Shown here piece by piece: positions 35,456 to 46,938 of a stretch of 64,000 bases of DNA. Source of the DNA: Somniosus microcephalus (lineage: Eukaryota); the NCBI GenBank assembly GCA_052327205.1, contig CM126202.1, forward strand, positions 201,190,001 to 201,254,000, given 5' to 3'. How positions within the stretch are numbered: position 1 is the first letter of the stretch; every line of letters starts with the position of its first letter. The notes beneath the pieces were generated by a model. The model was given only the letters and a program-made list of their open reading frames with translations. It ran no database searches and was not told the DNA's origin. The position numbers were made by a program, and so were the translations under genes.

Positions 35456-36416
35456 CATGCAAGACAGTCACTAAGGGATAGGCAAAGGCACATGCAAGAC
35501 AGTCACTAAGGGAATGCACAAGGGTGATTAGTTGATTTTTTGATGTAATATTGGATAAACTTGGATTGCAAAGTTTGCTTTGTGGTGACTTTTATTTCAG
35601 CATTGTGGCCAAGAGGATACTGTGATGGTCAGTAACAGAGGGAAGGTAAGGTGTGGGACAAATGTTGAAAGGGGAATTGGGGTTGTGTTCACTGGTACCA
35701 CAGGTGGATGATTCAATGATATCCCAGCCAGAAAGGGGCTGTCTGGGTTGCCTCCTTCCTTCCGCTTCTTCCTCTTCTGATTTTTCTTCTCCTGCTTCTT
35801 CCTCTTCTGCTTCCACCTCCCCGTGAGCAGCTTGTCCCCTTTGCTGCCTCTGCTTCATCTCCATGTGATATTGCAGCCCAAGGGGGACTGCAACTAGAGC
35901 CCCCAGGACTGGGAGCAAGTGGTGTTCTCAGAGGCCTTTCTTTAACATCCAAAGCCTTGCAAGTGTTCAGCAGCACTCCCTGGATGCCGTGCACACTTTA
36001 ACAGCTTTTTAAAAGTGTTGCACCAAGCAACTACTCCAATAAAATGTAAAGAAAAGTCCAAAAGCAAAAATCGAATCTTACCTGAAAGATGTGTGTGTCC
36101 CTTTAAGAAGCGCTGTCAGTGTCTCTCTAGTGCTGTTGCAGCCACGTTCTTCCGTGCGTGGTTTGGAGAGGGCGGTATCCAGAGCGGCGACTTCCAAAAT
36201 CACAGTCGTGTGTCAATTCAGTGTTGCACATCAATTAACGTCACGATCTGCATATTTACATATGGGCAGCGAGCGCAGGCAACAGCAGCGCTACCGACCT
36301 CCCCAAAATGGCAACCGCCACATTCCGCGCTGGAAGCGGGCAGAAGCGAAGTGGCCGCCATTTCTTCAGCAAAACTAGCCTTAACGGCTGGCGCTAGACC
36401 TCCAAATTTTGTGGCC
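35456..36416 (-). mobile_element. Internally deleted Harbinger derivative related to 46916-55840
   Basis: GALVAVPLG..EMKQRQ resembles the transposase N-terminus at 52132 and is fused to the acidic C-tail and 3'UTR (compare 54170-54520). Terminus GGCCACAAAATT. Confidence 0.7.
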
Positions 36417-36502
36417 AACATCACCCTTTACTGTACTATTAGTGAGTTTTCTGACACACACAGTCTTTAACAAACATAAATTTCTACACACAAACAAAAA
36501 TG

Positions 36503-36730
36503 ATTTCATAAAATGTTCAAAGGTTGACTCTTTACAAAGGTTTCAAGTTTTCATGTTAAGCCTTAAAAATAGTTCAGAAGAGAAATAATTTTTAATTCCA
36601 TTTTCAACCACAACAGCGAGCAGTGACAACAACAGAAATCCAGTCTCGATGAACAATCTTTGTTTTCTTTTCTAATGCTAAGCAAAGAAACCACACCTGC
36701 TCTAATCAGAGGTGTTGTCTGTCTGTGAGC
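36503..36730 (-). repeat. Right arm of the diverged inverted repeat
   Basis: Reverse complement of 29625-29862. Confidence 0.75.
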
Positions 36731-37494
36731 AGTTCAGAATAGAAATAAAGCTTTTGGTAATAAATTCAAATGCCATCACTTGCCTGAAATAAAGTTTACA
36801 GAATTCAATCTTCAGTTTGTGTTTAAAGGTGATGATTTTGTTTTCTCTACCGCCCCATTTTTCAGCATTAAAAATGACTAATTTCCGTCTTCCCACCCAA
36901 AACCTGCCTGGTTCCATTTTTGAGTGGTTTTTAAAATAGGCAACCAGCATTTCCTCTGGTAACAGGCCTGAGCCTCATTACTATATGCTAACAGGGGTCC
37001 TATGATGTTGATAGGACCTTGATGCTATTTGCGAACCCAAGTGTGCGGCGCCAGTGTTTCACAAGCCCTGTCCACTAACCCCGAGTGTTAAGCAGCCAAA
37101 CCAAGAGCAGGAGTTGCATGATTGCTCTTCCTGGGCCTCCACAAAAGTCCTCTTGATCATTGTCTTACTATCCAAGCTTTTGAGACAGGCTAAGGCCTCA
37201 AATTTAAAATTTTAAGAAAGACAAAAAATCTCACAATGCAGAAGATAAATTTAATCATGTTGTGTGAACATGTTTTTAAATTTTGTTTAAAATCTTATTT
37301 TAGAATTAGAGAGTTCAGTTACAGAGAAAAAATATGGTAGACAATTTTTTTAAACAAAATTTTAGACAATTCAATTGATTCAACAACATACTATGGTGAA
37401 ATGTGTACATATGCTTTTTTCATTATAAAATATTTAAGTGTTTATATAAGCAGTTTCCATTCTAAATGTTGACATAAAAAACATTACAGGAATT

Positions 37495-37890
37495 AATCAC
37501 TTGTGGACAGGAAGGCCGCGATTTTACAAATGGATGCGGTTTGGGAGCGGGTCAGCTGGTTTCCGGCTTCCAGTCCTGCCCCCAACTGCATACGGCCCAC
37601 AGATGTAATTATACATCGATTGGCCTTGTTAAGCCCGTTCTGCAGGCTTGCCGGCCAATTAAGAGGAAGCTGGTCAGATGACGTCGTTTGATGACAGGTC
37701 AGCTGCCAGTTTTCTAAAAGGGACCACGCACAACTTTTCTTTGACAGCTCATTTCTCAGTGTTTGACAGCATTGAGGTGCTGCAAACACTGACAGTCACT
37801 GTACAAAGGTTCTCCAATGACTCCCTCCATAGGCTAGAACAGATGGCAGCTGCAGGTGAGGTTACAGAAGCGATCTGTCACTGGTGAGAG
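37495..37890 (+). mobile_element. Harbinger fragment (Myb/SANT-gene side)
   Basis: Similar to the reverse complement of about 61820-62100. Confidence 0.55.
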
Positions 37891-38084
37891 AGGTTCTCCC
37901 AATGAGGTGGGACTAGACAGCCAATTCAAAACTTGTTAACTACAGAAAAGTGTAAATGTATTAAAATGATTTTCCCAACATTTTCTTATCTCTGAAACTC
38001 ACCAGTGCACCATTGGATCCTTTACACCATTTCTGCAGCTGTCATCAATGCAGAAACACTACAGCAGACTCACAACATGCCACA

Positions 38085-38368
38085 CTTACCTGCCGTGGTG
38101 TCTGGACATCGGGGAACCCGAGGCAGAAGCGGCAAAATTGAAAAAGAGTATGTTAACAAGTATCAAGTACCTGTTAACAGCCAGGTAAGTGGCTTTAATC
38201 CTCTTCCCGCCGCTAGGTGTCGGGTCCATGCGCAAATCGGGGACCCGGTACTTGGGAAGATTGATTGGAGGCGGTTTGAGAGCGGGTTTCCTACCCGCTG
38301 TCAATCTTTGCGATTTTGACAGCGGTCCCACCTCCAATCCCGCACTCTGAAGATTGGCAAAAGTCCGT
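38085..38368 (-). mobile_element. Harbinger-like terminal fragment
   Basis: Its reverse complement matches 40918-41200 (GGAGGTGGG...GCTGTCAAAAT...TGACAGCGGGT). Confidence 0.6.
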
Positions 38369-38767
38369 CCGAAGTGTGTGCCATAGGCAAGATTTTTAAT
38401 TATATATAGGTACTGATTTCAGTTTAATTTTATCACATTTTATCAACCACAATTTATATGTAGGTACCGATTTCAGTTTAATTTTATCAAACACAATTGC
38501 TATACAATTTACTGCCCACTTTTAAGTTTTCAATTTTATTTTGGCATGTTTCAGAGATTAACTTTTTGATAGTTATTATTCCATATATTCAGATAGCAGA
38601 ATATTGCTGTCACCATGAGGGCATTTGATGATATCATACAATTTGCGTTGCAATGCAGTACAGTCTTGTATCACTGTTGTATTACAGTGCAAGGATATAT
38701 AACCAAAAGCCATGAACGTCCCCATGTTATGTGCTTGATATTATTCTTCTGTTGTTGTTGTCATAGA

Positions 38768-38882
38768 TGAAAGAAAGACAGAAAGATAGAAAGAAAGAAA
38801 GAAAGAAAGAAAGAACTTTCATTTATATAGGTCCTTGGTGCATTTTCAGGACATCTCAAAGTGTTTCACAACTAATGAATTA
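38768..38882 (-). repeat. (GAAA)n microsatellite derived from a DeuSINE/L2 3' tail
   Basis: GAAA run followed by CATTTATATAG, similar to the reverse complement of 14075-14155. Confidence 0.6.
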
Positions 38883-40096
38883 CAGAGGAGTGAGTTATGA
38901 GGCTGTAAACTACGTTTGTAGAAGAGATTTGTATGTCACAACAATGAGAGTGAGTGAGGCTTTGTCTATATTACTTTATATACATCTCCTGAACCCCAGT
39001 AGGTGATTATAATTTTGAATTCACTCATGTCTCTATTTTTTTCTTACTTTGCACATTTCCTCAGGTGTTACACGTGGGTAATTTTGGTCTAGAGTACATT
39101 TATGATGTTTAGCCTGACCCGTGCCTTTAAGGCTACTTCTGTAAGCAGACAAATGCAGGTAATTGTAGCTACTTCTAAACAACTGAGGTCATTCAGAAGG
39201 AAATGTTAATGTTTGTAAGGTTCAGCAGTGACTGTCTTTCTACCACTTCTTTTTTAAGATTTTCCTTAGGATGCAACACAAAGTGTGACATCTAAAACCT
39301 GACGGACATGTGCTAGATGCAAGGCTTTTCTATATATACTAGCAACTCTTCCATGGCACTGCTCATAGTAAGTCATAGGATGAGTTGTCTAACAAGGACA
39401 GGAACTTTATACAACATAAGATCAATTTTGTAAGGGTTACTGGTAGGTAGGTGTGGGTCAGAAAAAATGGGCACACAAGCTCATTTGTCTGATTTTTCTG
39501 ACCAGCAATTAGGGCTGATAAAATTAGGGCTTGCTAGCAGTGTGCACAATCCCATTAAAATACTTAAATACATTTTTCAATTGTGGGACAGTAAATTTCA
39601 TTAGTTTCTACATGGCTCTGCTCACAACGGGAGCTTCACCACCAGAATCGCAAAATTGAGGCGAATGCAATATTCTACTGTTAACGTGCTGGTGTGAGTC
39701 GTTTTAAGGCTACAAGGTGAAATTGCTTTGCAGTTTTGGAAATGAATGCTTGGGTCAATTTCAGATCAGACTGGTATTCTTTCTCATTTGTATAAAAAGT
39801 CTAATTAGTATTAAGTAAACGCAGGCTCAAAGTTCACCCACAATTTGTTTGGTCAAGGAACTGTAGAGACTGGGATATGCTTGTCAGTTTAGATTTGCAG
39901 CTCAGAAGCACACAGCATCTGTAGCATGTGACTTCTGGAGTGTGATGTCTGAAGTTTTNNNNNNNNNNNNNNNNNNNNNNNNNNNNNNNNNNNNNNNNNN
40001 NNNNNNNNNNNNNNNNNNNNNNNNNNNNNNNNNNNNNNNNNNNNNNNNNNNNNNNNNNNNNNNNNNNNNNNNNNNNNNNNNNNNNNNNNNNNNNNN

Positions 40097-40917
40097 TGGT
40101 TATATAACGCCTTTAATGTAGTAAAACGTCCTAAGGCGCTTCACAGGAGCTTTATAAAAGAAATTTTGACACTGAGCCACATAAGGAGATATTAGGACAG
40201 CTTGGTCAAAGAGGTAGATTTTAAGGAGCGTCTTAAAGGAGGAAATAGAGGTAGAGAGGAGGAGAGGTTTAGGGAGGGAATTCCAGAGCTCAGTTACTGA
40301 AGGCATAGCCACCAATGGTGGAGTGATTAAAATCAGGGATGCTCAAGAGGCCAGAATTAGAGGAGCGCAGATATCTCAGAGGGTTGTGGGGCTGGAGGAG
40401 ATTACAGAGATAGGGAGGGGCGAGGCCATGGAGGTATTTGAAAACAAGGATCAGAATTTTAAAATTGAGGCATTGTTGGACCAAGAGCCAATGTAGGTCA
40501 GCGAACACAGGGGTGATGGGTGAACGGGACTTGGTGCGAGTTAGGACACGGGCAGCAAAGTTTTGGATGACCTCAAGTTTATGGAGGGTAGAATGTGGGA
40601 GGCCAGGCAGGAGTGCATTGGAATAGTCAAGTATAGAGGTAACAAAGACATGGATGAAGCTTTCAGCAGCAGATGAGCTGAGGCAAGGGCGTGGTCAGGC
40701 AATGTTCCGGAGGTGGAAATAGGCGGGCTTAGGGATGGCGCAAATGTGTGGTCGGAAGCTCATTTCAGGGTTAAATATGACACCAAGGTTGCAAACACTT
40801 TTTCAGCCACAGACAGTTGCCAGGGTGAGGGATGGAGTCGGTATCTAGGGAACACAGAGTCATATAAATTTACGGCACAGAAGGAAGCCAGAGTTTGTGG
40901 CGGGGACCGAAGTCAAT
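40097..40917 (-). mobile_element. L2 LINE 3' fragment
   Basis: LHWL..Q...FKILILVFKYLHGLAPPYL and LWNSLP...FKTLLK.YLF, typical of the L2 C-terminus. Confidence 0.85.
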
Positions 40918-41210
40918 GGCCGGAATTTTAACGGCGCTGAGAGGGCGGGATCGGAGGTGGGTCAGCTGTCAAAATAGAAAAGACTGACAGCGGGTCAGGA
41001 ACCCATTGTCAAGCCGCCTCCCAGCGAGTCTCCCAGGTGTCAGTTCTGTCAGCGCTGAACAGACACGACACCAAGTGGCGGGGGAGACAATTTAGATCAT
41101 TAAGTGCATTGTTCAGAGGCAATTAAGTCTTATTTTAAGCTTACCTTTAGATTTTTAGAGTTTGCCAGCGGCTTCACCGCTGCTTGGAGATCACGTCAGG
41201 TGTGGAGGTA
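40918..41210 (+). mobile_element. Harbinger-like terminal fragment
   Basis: Terminus GGCCGGAATTTT after AAT. Matches 38085-38368 in inverted orientation. Confidence 0.6.
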
Positions 41211-41216
41211 CCGTGT

Positions 41217-42450
41217 TAAGAACATAAGGGCCGAAAAATGGAGTCACGTCCCCTTTGGGGTGCTAAATTCGCTGGGGTGCTACTTTTAGCACCCCGGAAA
41301 AATTAGCGCCCCCGCGACCAAAATTGAGTGGTAGCGCCCCAAGAGGGAAGCAGGGCGCTACTGGAAGCTGTGAGGGAATATCGCGGCATGACGTGCCGCG
41401 GCATTGCAGGCCTCCCTCACCTTCATAAAGGGGCGAGGCCTAGCGCAGCACCACCCGGCGCCCAGCTGGGCCCCCGGGGATTGGGAGTGCCGGCAAAAGA
41501 GCCTGGCACTTAAGAGAAGTGCCGGGCTCATGGAGCACAGCTGGCACTCCGCAGGGGGGGCGGGTAAGGAGGCCGGGGATGGGAGCGGAGGCAGGTGCTG
41601 GCAGGCGACTAGCAACAAAAATGGCTGCCCAGCACCTCTCCTTTAATTAGCGCCACCCCTGCCGCAAGTAGGCCCCCCGACCCCGTCGGACACAGCGTCC
41701 GACAATAAGTCAGGGGGCGCTACCAAAGATCGCGGCCGGGGCGCAAGGGGGGCACTGCACCTGGCGATGACGTCATTGCAGCACCGCAGAGCGCTAATGG
41801 TTAGCGCCGCTGCTAACCTCCCGCTGTATTTCACGGGAGACGTTGGCGGTGCTGTGCCCGGGCACTAATGGGAGGCGCAAAGCAACCAAATTTTTCCCCA
41901 AGAAATAGGGGCAGGAGTAGGCCATTTGGCCCTTCGAGCCTGCGCCGCCTTTCAATAAGATCATGGCTGATCTTCTACCTCATCTCTACTTTCCTGAGCT
42001 ATCCTCATATCCTTTGATTCCCTTAATATTCAAAAATCTATCGATGTCTGTCTTGAATATACTCAATGACTGAGCCTACACATCCCTCTGGGGTAGAGAA
42101 CTCCAAAGATTCACCACCCTCTGAGTGAAGAAATTTCTACTCATCTCAGTCCTAAACTGTGACCCCTCGTTCTAGACTCCCCAGCCAGGGGGAACATCCT
42201 CCCTGCATCTACTCTGTCAAGTCCTATAAGAATTTTGTATGTTTCAATGAGATCACCTCTCATTCTTCTAAACTCTAGAGAATATAGGCCTAGTCTAATC
42301 AATCTGTCCTCATAGGACAATCCACCCATCCCAGGAACCAATCTGGTGAACCTTCATTGCACTCCCTCTATGGCAAGTATATCCTTCACTTGGGCCCTTT
42401 ATAATTGCAGTAAGACGTCTTTACTCTTATACTCAAATCCTCTTGTAATA
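41217..42450 (-). mobile_element. CR1 3' fragment with its tail split by a MITE
   Basis: AAGAACATAA|...|GAAATAGGGGCAGGAGTAGGCC and the ORF remnant LGLYSLEFRRMRGDLIE. Confidence 0.85.
41228..41899. mobile_element. GC/CpG-rich Harbinger-like MITE
   Basis: Interrupts the CR1 tail. Imperfect ends GGGCCGAAAAATGG / CCAAATTTTTCCCC. Confidence 0.6.
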
Positions 42451-42451
42451 T

Positions 42452-43730
42452 TTGGTCTCCTTACCTAATGATACCCATGGAAATCGACATCCTGGTTCCT
42501 GCGACATCTACTTGGATGACGATACCTCGCAAATCGCTGTTAAATACCTTTGTGCTCCTGGTGACATGAATCTCCAGAAACTCCTTGTCCTGCTGTTTCT
42601 CTTCAATGGCGTGTAGTGTCTGGCGATTTCTACCTCTAGCATTGACAGTCGGTTTACTCTTCTGTCAGCATGCCTTTGAAAGATGCCCAGTTTTCTTGCA
42701 GTAGAAACACTCTGCCTTCACATATGGACAGCTTTGAGCAATGTGTTGTCCCAGGCACCGATTGCACGACTACAATGCACTGTTACTTTAGCCAGTTGCT
42801 GAGGCCTTGGGACCCAACTGCCTTTTACTTTTAGCCTGCAGCTGATTCACCTCTGATGACTGGAAATGGTGCAGAACTTTCGGGAGTATCAATCAGTCAT
42901 ATCCATCGACATAGCTGTCTGACAAGCTAAGTCAAAAGTCAAGTTAGGGGTTGTCAAAAATTTACTTCTGATACTTTCATTTTTCAACCCACAAACAAAG
43001 CGGTCATGCAAAGCTTGGTCCTGAAAGTTTCCAAAATGTCAGTGAATGGATAGCTTTTTTAAAGCTACAGTGTACTTACTGATACCCTCATCATTTAATT
43101 GATCACGTGTTCCAAAACGATAACTTTCAGCAAATTCCAGGTGCTCAGGACTGTAGTGCTGTTCTAACTTGGTTAAGATCTCCTTCAGTGGCATGTCCTT
43201 CAGCTTGGCAGGAACAAGCAAATTTTTCAGGGTTTCACTCACCTCAGGGCCTGTTTCAGTCAAAAAAATAGCCCGTTTCATTTTTAAAACCGCCCAGTTA
43301 CAGTTTACATCATTGGGGACTTCGACGATACTATTCGCTGTGAAAAACATTTCTAGCCACTCCACATATGCTCTGAAAATCACTCGGTCATGATGGAACT
43401 CACCTATGCTCCCTATTATTCCCATAGGCGCGGCCATCTGGACTCTGGCAATGTCGACAGTTCATCCACGTGTGCTCGAAATTTACCTTGGATTTTTAAG
43501 TTTTTCTGCAAAACAAAGAAGCTCTAACAGTCCCTCCATCGGTTGGCAGGATTATCCTCCAACAAAAATTTCAGCTAGGGAATCAGCAATCGCATCCTTA
43601 TCGCCAATTCTGTGATATCTTGAGACACAGCATATATATACAACAGCACAACATGGCTTCCGGTAAGAACTGTACTGCATATGGCTTTATTATTATATAC
43701 ATCAGTATTCCACCAGGTGGCACTATTACA
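42452..43730 (-). mobile_element. Decayed Gypsy 5' fragment (short LTR 43611-43730, PBS, gag)
   Basis: TG..CA-bounded segment, PBS TGGCGATAAGGAT, gag-like ORF 43039-43437 and knuckle remnants. Confidence 0.75.
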
Positions 43731-43734
43731 ATGA

Positions 43735-45390
43735 GCCCAGTAGATCAAGGCCCTACCTGGTGTACAAGCCACATAGACCAGAAGGTCCCAGATTCGATGC
43801 CCAGTCTATGCTGAGTTAGTTGATCTCAGCCAGATAGCAATTGGAGTGCTGAAATAGATCTCAGTCCCCTAGGACTAAGGAGGAGAAAATTCAGCCAAGG
43901 TTTACTCCAAACTACTTACCAGTGACCCTTGCTGAAGACTGCATCTGTGTGGATGTCAACTGAGAATAGGATACAATAACTTCTACTATAATGTGATTGA
44001 AGGTGTCGTTGACAGTGCTATCAAGCAGCACTTACTCACCAATATCCTGCTCACTATTGCCCAGTTTGGGTTCCGCCAGGGCCACTTGGCTCCAGACCTC
44101 ATTACAGCCTTGGTCCAAACATGGACAAAAGAGCTGAATTCCAGAGGTGAGGTGAGAGTCACTGCCCTTGACATCAAGGCAGCAATTGACCAAGTGTGGT
44201 ATCAAGGAGCCCTAGTAAAACTGAAGTCAATGGGAATCGGGGGGGAAACTCTCCACTGGCTGGAGTCATACCGAGCACAAAGGAAGATGGTTGTGGTGGT
44301 TGGAAGTCAAACATCACAGCCCCAGGACATCGCTGCAGGATAAGTGCCCTAGGCCTAACCATCTTCAGCTGCTTCATTAATGACCTTCCCTCCATCATAA
44401 GGTCAGAAGCGGAGATATTCGCTGATGATTGCACAGTGTTCAGTGCCATTCGCAACTCCTCAGATAATGAAGCAGTCCATGCCTGCATGCAGCAAGACCT
44501 GGATGATATTCAGGCTTGGGCTGATAAGTGGCAGATAACATTCGCGCCACACAAGTGCCAGGCAATTACTAACTCCAACAAGCGAGCATCTAACCACTGC
44601 CCCTTGGTATTCAATGGCATTGCCATCACCGAATCCCCCACCATCAATATCCTGGGGGTCACCATTGACCAGAAACTTAATTGGACCAGCCACACAAATA
44701 ATGTGGCAACAAGAGCAGGTCAGAGGCTGGATATTCTGTGGCGAGTGTCTCACCTCCTGACTCCCCAAAGCCTTTCCACCATCTACAAGGCATAAGTAAG
44801 GAGTGTGATGGAATACTGTCCACTTGCCTGGATGAGTGCAGCTCCAACAACACTCAAGAAGCTCGGCACCACCACCACCGGCGTACCGTGGCTGCAGTGT
44901 GTACCATCTACAAGATGCACTGCAGCAACTCACCAAGGCTTCTTCGGTTGGACCTCCCAAACCCGTGGCCTCTACCACCTAGAAAGACAAGGGCAGCAGG
45001 CACATGGGAACACCACCACCTCCAAGTTCCCTTCCAAGTCACTCACTATCCTGACTTAGAAGTATATCACCGTTCCTTCATCATCATTGGGTCAAAATCC
45101 TGGAACACCCTCCCTAACTGCACTGTGGGAGTACCTTCGTCACGTGGACTGCAGCGATTCAACAAGATGGCTCACTCCCACTTTCTCAAGGGCAACTAGG
45201 AATGGGCATTAAATGTTGGCCTTGCCAGCGATGCCCACGTCCCATGAATGAATAAAAAAAATGTTGAATAGCCTGTCAACACTCATTGTTTAGGCTTACA
45301 CACAAAGGATAGCTTCTAGGGAAAGCTACAAGAGGGCTGCACGCACCTGTGGAATCATACAGAAGCAAGAGACAGCACCTTCAGGAGGAG
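43735..45390 (+). mobile_element. Old tRNA-derived SINE split by a LINE insertion
   Basis: B-box-like GATTCGATGCC. The body continues at 45262 (GAATAGCCTGTCAACACTCA). Confidence 0.5.
43993..45261 (+). mobile_element. 5'-truncated copy of the 19083-26387 LINE family
   Basis: Highly similar to 25059-26387. Contains FADD and an A-rich tail. Confidence 0.9.
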
Positions 45391-46644
45391 AGAAAGGGGC
45401 TAAAATTGGAAAAGAGAATGTATGATTTTTGTTGCCGTAAATCTGCCATTTTGCCAATAGTTCTTGCACAAATGGGTTCACTAACCATGTGGTAGGAACT
45501 GCTCAATGGAGCTGCTAATTCAAGTTTTTCAAGATTTTTTGAATCAACATGACTCGGGAAAAATAGAGGTGGCAATTAGAAAAACACCATTATTTAGAAC
45601 AAAGATTCTTATTAGGTGCATCTAGAATCTTGCCTTTTGTGGAGCAGGACTCCAGCACATGCATTTTTGCAGAAGTCAGGGGAGATGTTAAATAATATTT
45701 TAGGTTTTTTGTATCTAGCCCATGCTTTGCCAAGGGGATGGATGCTCCTCCTTTCCATTTCCATCAACAGTGTTCTTTTATTACTGCGCTGAAATACCAG
45801 ACTCTTAATGGTGAAGTACGAGCTTACCATCAGTGATGCAAATTCGCTTCAGTGATACAGGAAACTGTTTTAACTGTTTACCACCAGCAGCAAATCTTTC
45901 ACACCAAAACGTTGGAAAATCCAACCATTCGCAAAGGTTTATCAGCTCTAAATGGTTCTAATGTTGAAATATTCCAGACATTGAGTATACATGATAATAG
46001 ATTATTACAATAGGTAATGTTCTTTCAATTTTATTTTATTTTTGAATTGTACAAAGAATTACATGCTTTCTCAGGGCATGTTACAATATAAAATAACAGA
46101 GTACATGCTGCTTTGCTGGCTACATGGTAGTTGCAAATATATACATCAAGAGTCCTGTACAGTTTTTCACACTTAGTTGGGACTACTAATTAACAGGGCC
46201 AGGGTAATTTCTTATCAGGTGGCTTATGTTGCATGCAGTGGGTCGGTGAGGGAGGCGGTGGCAGGGGGAGGAAATGAGAATGACAGGTGAAATTTTATGG
46301 TGAAACTTGAAAGACTGGTGTTTTCGCTGCTTTGGCACAAGAACTGAATATAACCTTACCAACCTGGAATTGCAGTGGGGCTTGGGACAATAATGGACAA
46401 AGGAAGTCCCATGTTGGAAACAATGCATACTGGCTGTAGGATACTGCATTCAGCGCTCACTGGAGGCTTTAAACTTTAAATAATGAAACTTAAGAAAAAG
46501 CTTAGGTGACCTAATGTATCACTTGACTATTGTATCAGCACTTTTGGGGTTTTAGAAATGTCACAGGCATTCACCAGGCAGTTAGCACAGCTCTGTGCAA
46601 TGTACCCATAGGTAGAGCTCAATAATCCTCAAATCAACAGCAAC

Positions 46645-46885
46645 AACAACTCACACTTATATAGCACCTTCAACGTTGAAAAACATCCAAAGGTGCTTCA
46701 CAGCGGTGAATGGAAAAAATAGATGCTGAGCTGAAGAAGGAGATATTGGGAATAGTGTCCAAATGCTTGGGCAAAGAAATGGGATTAAGAAGGGTCTTAA
46801 AGGAGATGGGGGAGGTGGAGAGCTGGAGACGTTTGGGAATTCCAGTGTGGGATCTAGGCAGCTGAAACCATGGCCACTGATAGTG
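46645..46885 (-). mobile_element. L2 3' fragment
   Basis: TATATAGCACCTT..GCTTCACAG tail like that at 40100-40300. Confidence 0.6.
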
Positions 46886-46938
46886 TGCACAACAGGCCAG
46901 ATTCAGAGGGACAGAGGCCGTGAAATTCAGCAACTTAG

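Noticed and set aside
34626-35519. Novel N-terminal extension on Gypsy gag
   Set aside because: The first 20 or so residues are read from the junction duplication and Harbinger UTR, not from a real gene.
43735-43975. LF-SINE
   Set aside because: It is an old tRNA-type SINE, but it does not match the LF-SINE body as I recall it, so no name is assigned.
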